From: an uncultured virus (IMG/VR IMGVR_UViG_2579778730_000001)
Lineage: Duplodnaviria > Heunggongvirae > Uroviricota > Caudoviricetes
Length of the DNA stretch: 36,363 nt
Strand: one strand, 5' to 3'
IMG/VR virus record: IMGVR_UViG_2579778730_000001
The position numbers and the translations under genes are program-made. How positions within the stretch are numbered: the first letter of the stretch is position 1; each line of letters starts with the position of its first letter. This document shows positions 27,155 to 35,764 of this stretch, one piece after another. Under the pieces are notes generated by a model. That model searched no databases. It was not told the DNA's origin and worked only from the letters and a program-made list of their open reading frames with translations.

Positions 27155-27762
27155 GCAGTTACTCTCATGTTGTCAACAAGATGAATCGCCTGAGCCGGGT
27201 AGAAGCCCCCGCTCACGGTGATGCTTTCAGGCACATAGGGGTAAATCGTTAGCTCGTCGCCGCCGTAGCTGTTTGCCCCGACGAAAAACGCGCCGTCGGT
27301 ACTCAGACTGATCGACAGACCAATCAGATGGCGACTGGCGGGTTTGGCATCATTAATCAGCCGCTCCAGCTCCTGAAACATTGCCTCGGTGATGCCGTTA
27401 TCCTGCACGCCCACCACCAGGCGAAACGTGCCGGGTTGCTCATCGGCCTGCCACCACTCGCGGATCTGAATCAAAAACCCCAGCGGCTCCACCACGCGGC
27501 GCAGCGCGCTGATGGTGCCCTTGTGCTTGTGGATATAGAACGCCGAGGCGATGACGCTGCGCTTGGTGGCCTCAGGCCAGTTCTCGTCCCAGCGATCCAC
27601 CGACAGCGTCCACGCCAGATACGGCAGCAGGTGCGTCGGGCAGCTTTCCGGGCTCCACAGAGTACGCAGCAGCACCGGCACGCGGGCAATCTCCGCCGCA
27701 GCGCGGGCGGCGGCGACTTCAAGCGTCGAGGTGCCGGGCGGCAGCAGGCGGTCATCACTCAT
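27151..27762 (-). CDS. I: Baseplate/tail protein gpI
   Basis: LLPYLAWTLSVDRWD, HKHKGT, DAKPASRH. Confidence 0.94.
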   Translation of the reverse strand: MSDDRLLPPGTSTLEVAAARAAAEIARVPVLLRTLWSPESCPTHLLPYLAWTLSVDRWDENWPEATKRSVIASAFYIHKHKGTISALRRVVEPLGFLIQIREWWQADEQPGTFRLVVGVQDNGITEAMFQELERLINDAKPASRHLIGLSISLSTDGAFFVGANSYGGDELTIYPYVPESITVSGGFYPAQAIHLVDNMRVTA

Positions 27763-28663
27763 CCGCGCCTCCGTTCAGCAGGGTGTAGCCGGTGCACCAC
27801 GAGGCCTGATGCTTGCCGAGGGTGATGTCTGCGGTCGGCTCGCTCAGCTCGACGCGTTGCACCCCTTCCACATGCAGTGCGGCATAAATGGCAGAGAGGC
27901 GAATATCGCGCCCGAGGCGGTGCTGGGCGGTGACGTAGCGCTGCAGCTTTTGCGCCGCCGCATCACGTATCGGCCCCGCTTCCGGCCCCGGATAGAAGAA
28001 CAGCGTGGCGTTCACCGCATAGGGCACGATCTCCGCGGCCTGCACCGTTACCCGGTCGCCCACCGGACGCACTGACTCGGCGTTCAGTGCCTGCTCAACC
28101 ACTGCCAGCAGCCCGGCATCGGCCTTGCCGTCGTTCTCACGCGACAGCACGGTAATGGTGACGCTGGCCGGGCTGGGGCTCTCCACCGAGATATCACTGA
28201 CGCGACCGTCGGCGCTGCGTCCGTGGTACTCGTAAGCGCCGGTTGGCCCGGCCACGCTCAGCCCTTCGAACGCCTGCTGGGTGCGCAGCCGCAGATCGCT
28301 GTCGGACTCCATCACCGCCGGCACCGGCGGGATGGCGCTGTCGTCAGCCGGGGTAATGACCAGGCGAGCCGTGTTGTTGTTGGTCGCCAGCACGTCGAGA
28401 TCGCTGCCGGTGGCATAGGGGAGCATCACCGCCCGCGCCGCCTCGTTCACACGCTGACGCCACATCACTTCGCGGTATGCGTTCTCTTCCAGCAGCTTCA
28501 CCAGCGGCTCGGACTCCAGCGCCAGGGTGCGGGCGATGGCCGCCTGCTCCTCAGTGGGATAGAGCGAGATCAGCGTCGCCTTACGCTCGGCGAGAATGGT
28601 TTCATAATCGAGCTCCTCGACCACATCCGGGGCGGGGAGCTGGTTCAGGTCAATGGTCGGCAT
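27755..28663 (-). CDS. J: Baseplate assembly protein gpJ
   Basis: MPTIDLNQLPAPDVVEELDYE, SVAGPTGAYEYH; 302 aa. Confidence 0.95.
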   Translation of the reverse strand: MPTIDLNQLPAPDVVEELDYETILAERKATLISLYPTEEQAAIARTLALESEPLVKLLEENAYREVMWRQRVNEAARAVMLPYATGSDLDVLATNNNTARLVITPADDSAIPPVPAVMESDSDLRLRTQQAFEGLSVAGPTGAYEYHGRSADGRVSDISVESPSPASVTITVLSRENDGKADAGLLAVVEQALNAESVRPVGDRVTVQAAEIVPYAVNATLFFYPGPEAGPIRDAAAQKLQRYVTAQHRLGRDIRLSAIYAALHVEGVQRVELSEPTADITLGKHQASWCTGYTLLNGGADE

Positions 28664-28667
28664 AGTC

Positions 28668-29015
28668 TCAGCTCAGTGGAATGGTTAACGATACGTCGCC
28701 CGCGCTGTCGACCAGCTGACCGGTCAACTCAACGATCATCTCGCCGTTATAGCGGGTCTCGAAATTCAGGGTGCTCAGGGTGATACGCGGCTCCCACTTC
28801 AGCAGCGCCATGTAGCACGCCGCCATAATCTGCAGCCGCAGCGCCGGGTTCTGCGGCTGGTCGAGCAGCGCCGACAGCAGCGAACCGTAATCCCGACGCA
28901 TCACCCGCGTGCCCACCGGCGTCATCAGAATGTCGCGCACGCTCTGGCTGATGTGCGCCTCATCCAGCAACGTCTCGCCCGTGGCCCGGTCCATGCCGGC
29001 ATAGCTCGCCGTCAT
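28668..29015 (-). CDS. W: Baseplate wedge gpW/gp25
   Basis: HISQSVRDILMTPVGTRVMRRDYGS, WEPRI. Confidence 0.95.
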   Translation of the reverse strand: MTASYAGMDRATGETLLDEAHISQSVRDILMTPVGTRVMRRDYGSLLSALLDQPQNPALRLQIMAACYMALLKWEPRITLSTLNFETRYNGEMIVELTGQLVDSAGDVSLTIPLS

Positions 29016-29653
29016 TGCGTGCCCTCCGTCCAGCTGCCGCCGCGCTGTACCGCGCCGTGACTGTGGCTGTCGATCTGCACACCGTTTGAGGTCAGCGCCC
29101 CGCCGCTGTGCGTAATGTTGCCGGTCATGGTTCCTCCTCGTTGCACCTCGATGGAGCCGGTAATCAGTCGGTTGGTGCAGACCACGTCCGGCGCATCCAG
29201 GGTGATGCGGCTTTCGGCCTTCACCAGCACCACCGGTACCGTGGCGGTAATCGACTCCGACGCGGTGACGTCTGCGGTTTTGATCCCGGCCACCTGCAAC
29301 GCGCCGGTGTCGGGTTCATAAGAGAGCGTGGCCCCGTCGGGGAACGCCATGTGCCAGCCATCCGCCGAGGCGGACGGCGCGGGATGCGCGTCGGAAAAGA
29401 TCCCCGGCAGGATAAACGCGGTGCTCAGTTCCCCACCGACGGCCAGCAGCATGACCTGTTCGCCAACGGAGGGCGCCCACCAGCTGCGTGAGCGTCCGGC
29501 GCGCTGGGTCAGCCACTGCAGCCAGTCGGTGGTGATGCCGCCGGTCTTTACCCGACAGCGCCCGGCGGCAAGGTCGGTTTCCACCACCACGCCGGTGCGG
29601 ATCAGGTTGCGCAGTAAGCGCGAAATGTCGTGAAGCGATGCGAGTGTGTTCAT
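29012..29653 (-). CDS. V: Baseplate spike gpV
   Basis: NLIRTG, WWAPSVGEQV, C-terminal HSH metal-binding motif; start ATG 29653. Confidence 0.94.
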   Translation of the reverse strand: MNTLASLHDISRLLRNLIRTGVVVETDLAAGRCRVKTGGITTDWLQWLTQRAGRSRSWWAPSVGEQVMLLAVGGELSTAFILPGIFSDAHPAPSASADGWHMAFPDGATLSYEPDTGALQVAGIKTADVTASESITATVPVVLVKAESRITLDAPDVVCTNRLITGSIEVQRGGTMTGNITHSGGALTSNGVQIDSHSHGAVQRGGSWTEGTQ

Positions 29654-29718
29654 AGGTTCAGGATGCAATAAAAGAGATTCAGCGACCATTTCATCCGGCG
29701 CGATGGCGGCTCACACAA
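29653..29718 (-). promoter_or_regulatory. Late promoter pV (probably leaderless transcript)
   Basis: TTGTG... with -10 CATCCT at the same offset as in pF; ATG follows 6 nt after the -10. Confidence 0.6.
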
Positions 29719-29759
29719 CGAGCGGTCTTGCGCCGGGATAAAATCCATGCGGCAGCGCG

Positions 29760-30236
29760 TCAGCTGCCTGATGTAGGCTGGCGGCTGACCAGCTCGTCCT
29801 TCATCCACAGCTCCACCGGCCGCGTTACCGCTGCGGGTTCTGGCGGTTCCGGCACCCAGGTGGCGTGCAGCGCCTCGCCCTGCTGACTGACCAGCGCACG
29901 CTCGGTAAGCGGGATGAGAATGGTGAGCTGCGGCGTGCCGTCTGCGGCGGTCGCGAGCTGCCAGCTGAAGCCGCCGGGCTGCTCCGGGTTCACGGGCATC
30001 AGATCCGGCTGGTTAACCCGCAGCCAGGCCAGCAGCGGCACCACCACCTCTTCCAGTTCGCCGTTAAACGGCGAGACGATGAGCCGGAGCTGATACTGCG
30101 CTTCAAACGAGAGCGTGGCGGCAAGGGTTGAGACGATACGCCCGCTTTCGGTAGTGAGACGCAAGCGGTCGGGATGGTCGCGCAGGTCCGGGATCGCCGC
30201 CGCGAGGGCCTGGCGCAGGCTAGTGGGTTTGAGCAT
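29760..30236 (-). CDS. R: Tail completion protein gpR
   Basis: MLKPTSLRQAL, LSFEAQY, LAWLRVNQPDLM, LTERALV, PEPPEP. Confidence 0.85.
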   Translation of the reverse strand: MLKPTSLRQALAAAIPDLRDHPDRLRLTTESGRIVSTLAATLSFEAQYQLRLIVSPFNGELEEVVVPLLAWLRVNQPDLMPVNPEQPGGFSWQLATAADGTPQLTILIPLTERALVSQQGEALHATWVPEPPEPAAVTRPVELWMKDELVSRQPTSGS

Positions 30237-30489
30237 CGAGTTTATCCTGGCAATGTTTAACGGTTTCAACCTGCAGCGCGCAGGCAATCAGCGCGCGCTC
30301 AAGCTGGTGAATATCGGCGCTCAGGTCGCCGTTAGTCTTTGGATCGCTGCCCGGCATCGGGCACAGGCTCACCCGTGGACAGGCGCTGGAGATCATCACC
30401 GGCGCTGGCGTAACCGGGGCGCTGGTGCAGCTGACGCACAGCATCAGGCAGCTCAGCGTCATACCAGCGGCGAAGCGATGCGTTTTCAT
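30220..30489 (-). CDS. lysC: o-spanin LysC (Rz1-like lipoprotein)
   Basis: Lipobox-like LCVSC, CPRVSLC, TNGDL, CALQVETVKHCQ. Confidence 0.82.
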   Translation of the reverse strand: MKTHRFAAGMTLSCLMLCVSCTSAPVTPAPVMISSACPRVSLCPMPGSDPKTNGDLSADIHQLERALIACALQVETVKHCQDKLDAQTH

Positions 30490-30757
30490 GAAGTAGCCTC
30501 GTAATGGTGTGTTCCCGCCGGGCCGCCCGGGTGCCGGCAGCCTCAAGCCGCTGGCGCAGCGCGACCTGGGCACGTTCGTTATCCCGGCCCAGCATCAGTG
30601 CCGCAGCCAGCCGCGTTTCCAGCGCGCCCATCGCGGCTTTCTGGCTGGCACTGAGGGCGCTGGCCTCGCTGAGCGCCTGCGCGAGCTGACCATTTTTATG
30701 GTGCAGCCACAGCACCGCGCTCAGCAGCAGCAGCGTTAATGCAGCCAGGGTTCTCAT
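30332..30757 (-). CDS. lysB: i-spanin LysB
   Basis: Start MRTLAALTLLLL at 30757; NERAQVALR, RLLHENASLRRW, LPDAV. Confidence 0.85.
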   Translation of the reverse strand: MRTLAALTLLLLSAVLWLHHKNGQLAQALSEASALSASQKAAMGALETRLAAALMLGRDNERAQVALRQRLEAAGTRAARREHTITRLLHENASLRRWYDAELPDAVRQLHQRPGYASAGDDLQRLSTGEPVPDAGQRSKD

Positions 30758-31263
30758 TGCACCCCCGTCAGGCACCAGGCCTGCTCGCGGGCGCGCCGGT
30801 GCTTCAGGCCATTGCTTGCCACGCCGTTGACGTAGATCCAGCGCGGCAGCTGATGGCACGCCTGCGCCCACTTCCCGCGGCGGAGAAATCCCGCCAGCGT
30901 GGAACGGCAGGCGGCCCCGGTGCCGACGTTGAAGGCGAAGCTGACCAGCGCGTCGTATACCGGGTCGGGCATCGACACCGTTATGCAGTTCGCCAGCCGG
31001 CGCTCGGTGTGCAGCACGTCGCTCACCAGGTTGGCAGCAGCGTCGCGCTCGGTGACAGGTCGCGTCGGCGTTACGCCGGCGGTATGACCGATGCCGCTGG
31101 TCCAGACCCCGGCGCTGCACTGATACGGACGCAGGCGGCACCCCTCCAGATCGGCAATCAGCGCCAGCCCTTCCCGGGAGGTATGCAGCAGTCGAAAGTC
31201 GGGCACCAGCAGCGTCAGAGCCAGCACCGTGGCGATGGAACAGCCCTTAGCGAGTGAGTTCAC
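30754..31263 (-). CDS. Endolysin, GH24 lysozyme
   Basis: IADLEGCRLRPYQCSAGVWTSGIGHT, SFAFNVG, hydrophobic N-terminus. Confidence 0.93.
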   Translation of the reverse strand: MNSLAKGCSIATVLALTLLVPDFRLLHTSREGLALIADLEGCRLRPYQCSAGVWTSGIGHTAGVTPTRPVTERDAAANLVSDVLHTERRLANCITVSMPDPVYDALVSFAFNVGTGAACRSTLAGFLRRGKWAQACHQLPRWIYVNGVASNGLKHRRAREQAWCLTGVQ

Positions 31264-31462
31264 GGCGCACCTCGTCGCTGCCGGATTTGATCAGCAGGTA
31301 GCTTTTGCGGCGGTAATACCAGTTAACGCCAACGGTACATACCACCCCCAGCACCCCGAACCAGGCGGCGAAATCCTGCGGCGTCATGGCGCCGAAGAAC
31401 GCCAGTCCGGCGCTGATCCAGTAGGCAACAAATGAGGTAATTCTTTCCCCGGTCAGTCCCAT
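31247..31462 (-). CDS. Holin (HP1-type)
   Basis: ERITSFVAYW, TPQDFAAW, VNWYYRRK. Confidence 0.88.
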   Translation of the reverse strand: MGLTGERITSFVAYWISAGLAFFGAMTPQDFAAWFGVLGVVCTVGVNWYYRRKSYLLIKSGSDEVRRELTR

Positions 31463-31656
31463 AGGTTGACGCTCTCCCGGGTCGGCGAGGCGGGCACCTC
31501 AGGCAGTTCGACGGCGGTGCCGTGCGGCAGCATCACCCCATGCGAGGCGAGTCCCGGATTGGCAGCCAGTACACTCTCCACCACGCCCTGAGTGCGGCCG
31601 TAGTAGCGCTGGCAAATAACGTCGAGCGTGTCCCCCTGGCTGGCTATGGTTTTCAT
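31453..31656 (-). CDS. X: Tail protein gpX (LysM-like)
   Basis: QGDTLDVICQRYYGRT, ANPGLA, VNLWD; GAGGAG RBS. Confidence 0.95.
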   Translation of the reverse strand: MKTIASQGDTLDVICQRYYGRTQGVVESVLAANPGLASHGVMLPHGTAVELPEVPASPTRESVNLWD

Positions 31657-31734
31657 TGGCGTCGCTCCTCGTTACGGTCAGTTATCCCGGCGCGACAAAG
31701 AGTCACCGCGCCGCAGCCCGATTAGCGCCGGGCC

Positions 31735-31800
31735 TGAGACTATTTTCCTGCGCCGGGCAGCCGGGCGCTATCAAGGGCGGATGGAGGAAGGCAGGCACAA
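31735..31800 (-). promoter_or_regulatory. Ogr-type late promoter directly upstream of X
   Basis: Gap-free match to pF: TTGTGCC-N9-CCA-N10-ATAGCGCC-N16-GAAAAT-N3-CTCA. Confidence 0.75.
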
Positions 31801-31818
31801 CATTGCCGGACAACGGGC

Positions 31819-31846
31819 AAAAAAAAGCCCGCCGGAGCGGGCGGGC
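31819..31846 (-). terminator. Intrinsic terminator after tum, insulating the late operon
   Basis: GCCCGC-TCCG-GCGGGC followed by T8 on the minus strand. Confidence 0.85.
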
Positions 31847-31946
31847 AAAGGCATAAAACCGGTATCACGGCGGCATAATGGTTTGAGTTGGCGCGGTAAG
31901 ACAGCGCGGGCGTCGGCACCCGGCGGCGTAGCCTGTTACCACGGCG

Positions 31947-32138
31947 CTATTTGTCGATGGGTAATACGGTGAAAGTCACGGTGTAATTGCCGTCGGTCAT
32001 CATCTGCCCGCCAGCCAGCTCGGCTATCAGATTTAATGCAATTTCCCTGTCTCTTTCCTGGCTGGCTCCTTCTGACGTCAGGCGCGCAATTAACTCGACG
32101 CGCTCTAACATCACCTGCTCTTTCAACCCCTGATCCAC
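31947..32138 (-). CDS. tum: Tum/TumA-like antirepressor
   Basis: VMLERVELIARL...RDREIALNLIAELA; downstream of A, behind an SOS box, GGAGG RBS. Confidence 0.72.
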   Translation of the reverse strand: MDQGLKEQVMLERVELIARLTSEGASQERDREIALNLIAELAGGQMMTDGNYTVTFTVLPIDK

Positions 32139-32162
32139 GTGACCTCCCCTACACCAAAAGCA

Positions 32163-32178
32163 CTGTATATCTATACAG
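32163..32178. promoter_or_regulatory. LexA (SOS) box
   Basis: CTGTATATCTATACAG (CTG-N10-CAG), 24 bp upstream of the tum start. Confidence 0.92.
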
Positions 32179-32285
32179 TATCACGCCAGGGGTTATTTGA
32201 AAACGTGTAATCGAACCAATCTTTCATTTTTTTATCATGCTGAAATTAAAAGAATATTCATCCATGACGCGCGTCACGTTCAGGG

Positions 32286-34511
32286 TCACTTTTGCGCCCG
32301 GATCGCGGCGAAGCGGGCCAGGATACGTCGGGCGTTTTGCTGGCGTTCGGCAGCCGTCTGACGCTTTGCACAGGGCGAAACGCCAAAGATTTCCCCACTG
32401 GACGATCCCCGACACCACAGGCCGTTAATACGCGCCGTGGTCCCCTTCAGCAATGAGAAACCCATGCCCGCGCTAATGCTTTCGCCGGTCATCAGCAGAA
32501 TATCTGTCTGGATCTCCCGGATCGCGTCACGATCGGTGTCGCTGCCCGGAATAAAGGGCGGCCGCCGCACGGCAGTTGGCAGGCGCAGGCGGGCAGATAA
32601 GCGCCGCCGCTGACTGCGGGTGAGCGGCGTCACGCCATCCCACCGGGTATCGTCCCGATCGTGCATCGCCCCCGTACAGTTAGTGACAGAACTCCAAGAG
32701 GAGTGAGTTTGCGCCTGCGCGGCGGCGATCTTCGGCACGATTTTCCAGCGCCGGGTACGGGTCAGCAGCGGCACGTCGCGCCCCACGCCGGTATCGTATA
32801 CGCCGCGCACGGCTACCTTTTCCTCGCCGTAGGGGTTACGCGCATCGTCCGTCTGATACCAGACGCGCACCTGCACCGCCGCGCGCGGTACGAACGGCCC
32901 GCCCTGGGCGGTGACGTATCCGGCCCAGTCGCCACGGTCCGCTGCCTGATGCACCGTGGCAAAATCCACGCTCAGGCCGCGCGCAGCCTCGCTGTCAGCC
33001 AGGCGGCGCAGCTCGCGGTAAACGGTGACCGGCGCGCCGCCGATAAACTGGAACTGTCGGATGTGCCAGCGTGCGGCCCACGCCGATACCGCCGCCGCGC
33101 TCTGGGTAAGCAGCCCGCCGGTTTCGCTGTCGCGTTCCCCGTCGAGGGCATAGCCGTCAACGTTTTTGGCAATGTATTTGGCGATGTACCCGGTGGCGGA
33201 GCCTTTTTCGGCGTCAATGGCAACCGCATGACAACGACCCTGGCGGGCGCGCTCATCGCTCAGCTCGTCAGCATCCTGCTCGCAGGCATAGTCAGCCATG
33301 ATCGCCCGCACCTGTGCCATGTTTTCAGGGCGCATAAACATCAGCATATGCCAGTGAGGCGTGCCGTCGTGATGGGGTTCGGCGACGCGAATACCGAACA
33401 CGCGGATCTGCTGGCGGTGTAAGCGAGCGCGAATCCGCGCCCAGAGCGAGGCGAACCAGCGCTGGGTCTCTGCCGGGCTGGCACCGCACCAGCGTGGATT
33501 CGGGAAGCCGGATCGCAGCGTGGCATGAAAGGATGAGGGGGCCGTCAGGGTATAGAAGTCGCCGACGTAGCCGAGGGTCTGACAGATGTTTTCGAAGCCG
33601 CGGATGCGCGTCATCAGCTCGCAGCGGCGGATCGCCGGGTTGGCATGGGAAGCGTCGTAGCGTTCAATCAGGCTGATGCGGTTGCCCTCTTCATCCTCCA
33701 GCTCCATGCCCTTTAGAAATTCACGGGTACGGCGTTTCTGCTCGCGCCATTCGCTGAGGCAGCTTTTACTGGCGTATGGCGTGCCGCGCTGGCTGACATT
33801 GCCCACGGCAATCTGCAGATGCTCGCGCCAGGCGCTGGCGATGCGGCGCAGGCGGCTGCGCCACCACAGGGCGTTGCACATGCGCAACACCGCCGGGCCA
33901 AGCTGCTCTTCACAGGCGTAGCGGCGGGTAATGCGCTCCCACGCGGGCGGGGTGATGCGAAACAGCTGGCAGAGATGGGCGGCGCGCAGATACCAGGCGT
34001 GCAGGGTTTTCAGCTCGCCCCAGTTTTCATCCGCTTCGCTGTCGATTTCACCGCGGATCAGACTGGCAATGTCCGCCGCGAGCAGATCGATGTCGGCTTT
34101 AGTCAGATCCGCCAGCCGGTTGTAGCGGGCCAGCAGATCCATCAGCCGGGTAATAAGGTAGCGGCGGTACGCATCATCGAAGCGCCAGCCAGTGAGCTCC
34201 CGCGTCAGGGTGCGCTCGATGCCGCTTGCCTGATAGCGTTCGCTCACCCGCTGCAGACGCGGCAGCATCCGCCGTCCAAAGGCAATCAGCGCCGCATTGG
34301 CTCGCGGGATACCGCGCTCGTTCGCCAGCCGGTCCATACGCTGGTAAATCCCGGCGGTGACGCAGTGAGGATGGTGCGCCAGCCAGCGTCGGGTACGCAG
34401 CAGCGTCGCGATGGTGCGGTTGCGGCGCTGCTCCTCCTCCCGGGTGAGACCGGGGCTGGTGATCGCCGGACGCGGGGCATTCCACGGCCAGGCCCAGGCA
34501 ATATCACTCAC
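32286..34511 (-). CDS. A: P2 gpA-like rolling-circle replication endonuclease
   Basis: WPWNAPR, TLTAPS, EPHHDGTPHWH (HUH), ATGYIAKYIAKN (YxxxY); 741 aa uninterrupted. Confidence 0.95.
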   Translation of the reverse strand: MSDIAWAWPWNAPRPAITSPGLTREEEQRRNRTIATLLRTRRWLAHHPHCVTAGIYQRMDRLANERGIPRANAALIAFGRRMLPRLQRVSERYQASGIERTLTRELTGWRFDDAYRRYLITRLMDLLARYNRLADLTKADIDLLAADIASLIRGEIDSEADENWGELKTLHAWYLRAAHLCQLFRITPPAWERITRRYACEEQLGPAVLRMCNALWWRSRLRRIASAWREHLQIAVGNVSQRGTPYASKSCLSEWREQKRRTREFLKGMELEDEEGNRISLIERYDASHANPAIRRCELMTRIRGFENICQTLGYVGDFYTLTAPSSFHATLRSGFPNPRWCGASPAETQRWFASLWARIRARLHRQQIRVFGIRVAEPHHDGTPHWHMLMFMRPENMAQVRAIMADYACEQDADELSDERARQGRCHAVAIDAEKGSATGYIAKYIAKNVDGYALDGERDSETGGLLTQSAAAVSAWAARWHIRQFQFIGGAPVTVYRELRRLADSEAARGLSVDFATVHQAADRGDWAGYVTAQGGPFVPRAAVQVRVWYQTDDARNPYGEEKVAVRGVYDTGVGRDVPLLTRTRRWKIVPKIAAAQAQTHSSWSSVTNCTGAMHDRDDTRWDGVTPLTRSQRRRLSARLRLPTAVRRPPFIPGSDTDRDAIREIQTDILLMTGESISAGMGFSLLKGTTARINGLWCRGSSSGEIFGVSPCAKRQTAAERQQNARRILARFAAIRAQK
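32676..32703 (-). other. Putative P2-type replication origin within A
   Basis: CTCCTCTTGGAGTTCTGTCACTAACTGT resembles the P2/186 ori, at the usual position in A. Confidence 0.6.
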
Positions 34512-34732
34512 ACGCCGCCCCGGTAGTGCTTCTGCTTCAGCTCGGCGATCTCCTGACAGGTGACGCAGCAGCTGACGCCGGGCAGGATCGCACGCCGCGA
34601 TGCCGGGATCGGTTCGTCGCAGCTTGCACAGGTCAGGCGTGATGGCCCGGTCAGGCGGCTGCGCGCCTGAACGATGTAGCGTTCGCGCGCCTCCTGCTCG
34701 TACTGCTGGGCGATATCAATTTCATCGGCCAT
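34508..34732 (-). CDS. TraR/DksA C4 zinc-finger protein
   Basis: MADEIDIAQ, CASCDEPIPASRR, CVTCQ. Confidence 0.9.
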   Translation of the reverse strand: MADEIDIAQQYEQEARERYIVQARSRLTGPSRLTCASCDEPIPASRRAILPGVSCCVTCQEIAELKQKHYRGGV

Positions 34733-34950
34733 CAGTCGATCTCCCGGGCCTGGTGTGCAAAGCGGTCGGCTTCTTCGCTCAGCAACGCTGCCGCTTCGAC
34801 GCCGTTCAGCGCTTCACGACTGATTTTGCGTGCCAGCGCGTCCAGACGCCCGGCGATGGCCTGCGCCCCGCCCTTGCGCTCCTGCATTTGCGCAGCATGG
34901 ATCATCAGCGCCAGCGCCTGTTCAGCGTCCGGATGGGGTAAAGTGTTCAT
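34732..34950 (-). CDS. DUF2732-like P2 early protein
   Basis: AQMQERK...RLDALA...LNGVEAAALLSEEA; start ATG 34950. Confidence 0.75.
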   Translation of the reverse strand: MNTLPHPDAEQALALMIHAAQMQERKGGAQAIAGRLDALARKISREALNGVEAAALLSEEADRFAHQAREID

Positions 34951-35026
34951 GTATTCCACGGTTATTCTCCTGAATTCAGGCAACAGCAGGCCAGGCGGGT
35001 TTACGCCATTGCTGTTGATTAATGGA

Positions 35027-35368
35027 TTAGTTCGGCAGGGTCAGCCGTCTGGGAAACAGGCTTACTACCGCCCGGAAGTGGTTCATCGCCGCGATCAGCG
35101 CCCGCTGTTCCTGCCGGGTGAAGGCATCCGGCGCTGCGCTGTGGCGTGCGGTGGGCAGCTTCGCAAAGTAAAAGATGGCAGCCAGCGCCCGGCAGTTATC
35201 GTGATACCCCGGGTCGCGGCGATCGCGCATCTCATTCAGGAAACGCGCCACCTCATCCCAGCCGCTGTCGCCCCAGTGCCGGGCGCGCAGCGCTGCCAGC
35301 TGGTTCAGCCCGGCAGCCCGTTCACCCGCGCTCAGCGGCACCGTGGCCGCTACACCTTCAATTGCCAT
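35027..35368 (-). CDS. DUF5347-like early protein (Fels-2/186-type)
   Basis: MAIEG...GLNQLAALR, RALAAIFYFAKL, LIAAMNHFRAVVSLFP; GGGAGG RBS. Confidence 0.72.
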   Translation of the reverse strand: MAIEGVAATVPLSAGERAAGLNQLAALRARHWGDSGWDEVARFLNEMRDRRDPGYHDNCRALAAIFYFAKLPTARHSAAPDAFTRQEQRALIAAMNHFRAVVSLFPRRLTLPN

Positions 35369-35391
35369 CTCGCCTCCCGTCAGGCTGAAAA

Positions 35392-35406
35392 TTCGCAATT
35401 AACGAA
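35392..35406. promoter_or_regulatory. Distal CI operator-like site after apl
   Basis: TTCGCAATTAACGAA, related to TTCGCATTTTGCGAA in the switch region. Confidence 0.5.
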
Positions 35407-35417
35407 TTCGTTATTCA

Positions 35418-35642
35418 TTACTGCGCGTTAAGCGAAACTGCGCAGCCGCTGAGGGCTTCCACCGTCAGCGCCGCCATGTTGACTTCAACGCGGGCGCGGC
35501 GCTTATCGCCTTTATCACGAATCGGCAGACGGCCGTCGCGGATCATGTCCCGGGCAGTGCCAATGGCGGTACCGGTCAGGCGGCAGTACTCGTGCAGCGG
35601 CAGGAAAGGGGTTGGGATAGTGATTGTAATGTCAGGACGCAT
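35418..35642 (-). CDS. apl: Apl/Cox-like repressor-excisionase
   Basis: MRPDITITIPTPFLPLHEYCRLTG...GRLPI; divergent from cI. Confidence 0.8.
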   Translation of the reverse strand: MRPDITITIPTPFLPLHEYCRLTGTAIGTARDMIRDGRLPIRDKGDKRRARVEVNMAALTVEALSGCAVSLNAQ

Positions 35643-35687
35643 AAGGCAAACTCCTCGTTTCGGTTGCGCTCGGTAATAGCCAACATT

Positions 35688-35764
35688 ATTCGCATAATCA
35701 ACAAGACGAGGTCAGAATAATTCGCATTTTGCGAAGTGTCAATTCGCAATACGCATTTTGCGGA
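35688..35764. promoter_or_regulatory. Lysis/lysogeny switch with CI operator-like repeats
   Basis: TTCGCATTTTGCGAA (35721-35735), TACGCATTTTGCGGA (35750-35764) and two further TTCGCA half-sites. Confidence 0.65.

Noticed and set aside
30332..31141. 269-aa ORF as one protein
   Set aside because: Only the part from ATG 30757 is LysB; the extension overlaps the endolysin out of frame. Similar over-long starts were trimmed for int, fic, FI, V, R and lysC
31484..31497. GGCGAGGCGGG resembling the start of P2 cos
   Set aside because: Lies inside gene X coding sequence, lacks the rest of the 19-mer and is in the wrong place
17657..31656. Tail donor for capsid-forming satellites or a normal P4 helper
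   Set aside because: Head-joining genes L and S are absent and P4 needs P2 head genes; no positive evidence, though not formally excluded
29690..31695. Recurrent GCGCCGGGATAA near the V and X leaders
   Set aside because: Two copies in opposite orientation in GC-rich DNA; could be chance
17957..35676. Long antisense or alternate-frame ORFs in the phage region (e.g. 19569-20429, 20592-21554, 22797-23582, 32661-33422)
   Set aside because: Expected from high-GC codon bias opposite real P2 genes; none resembles a head protein
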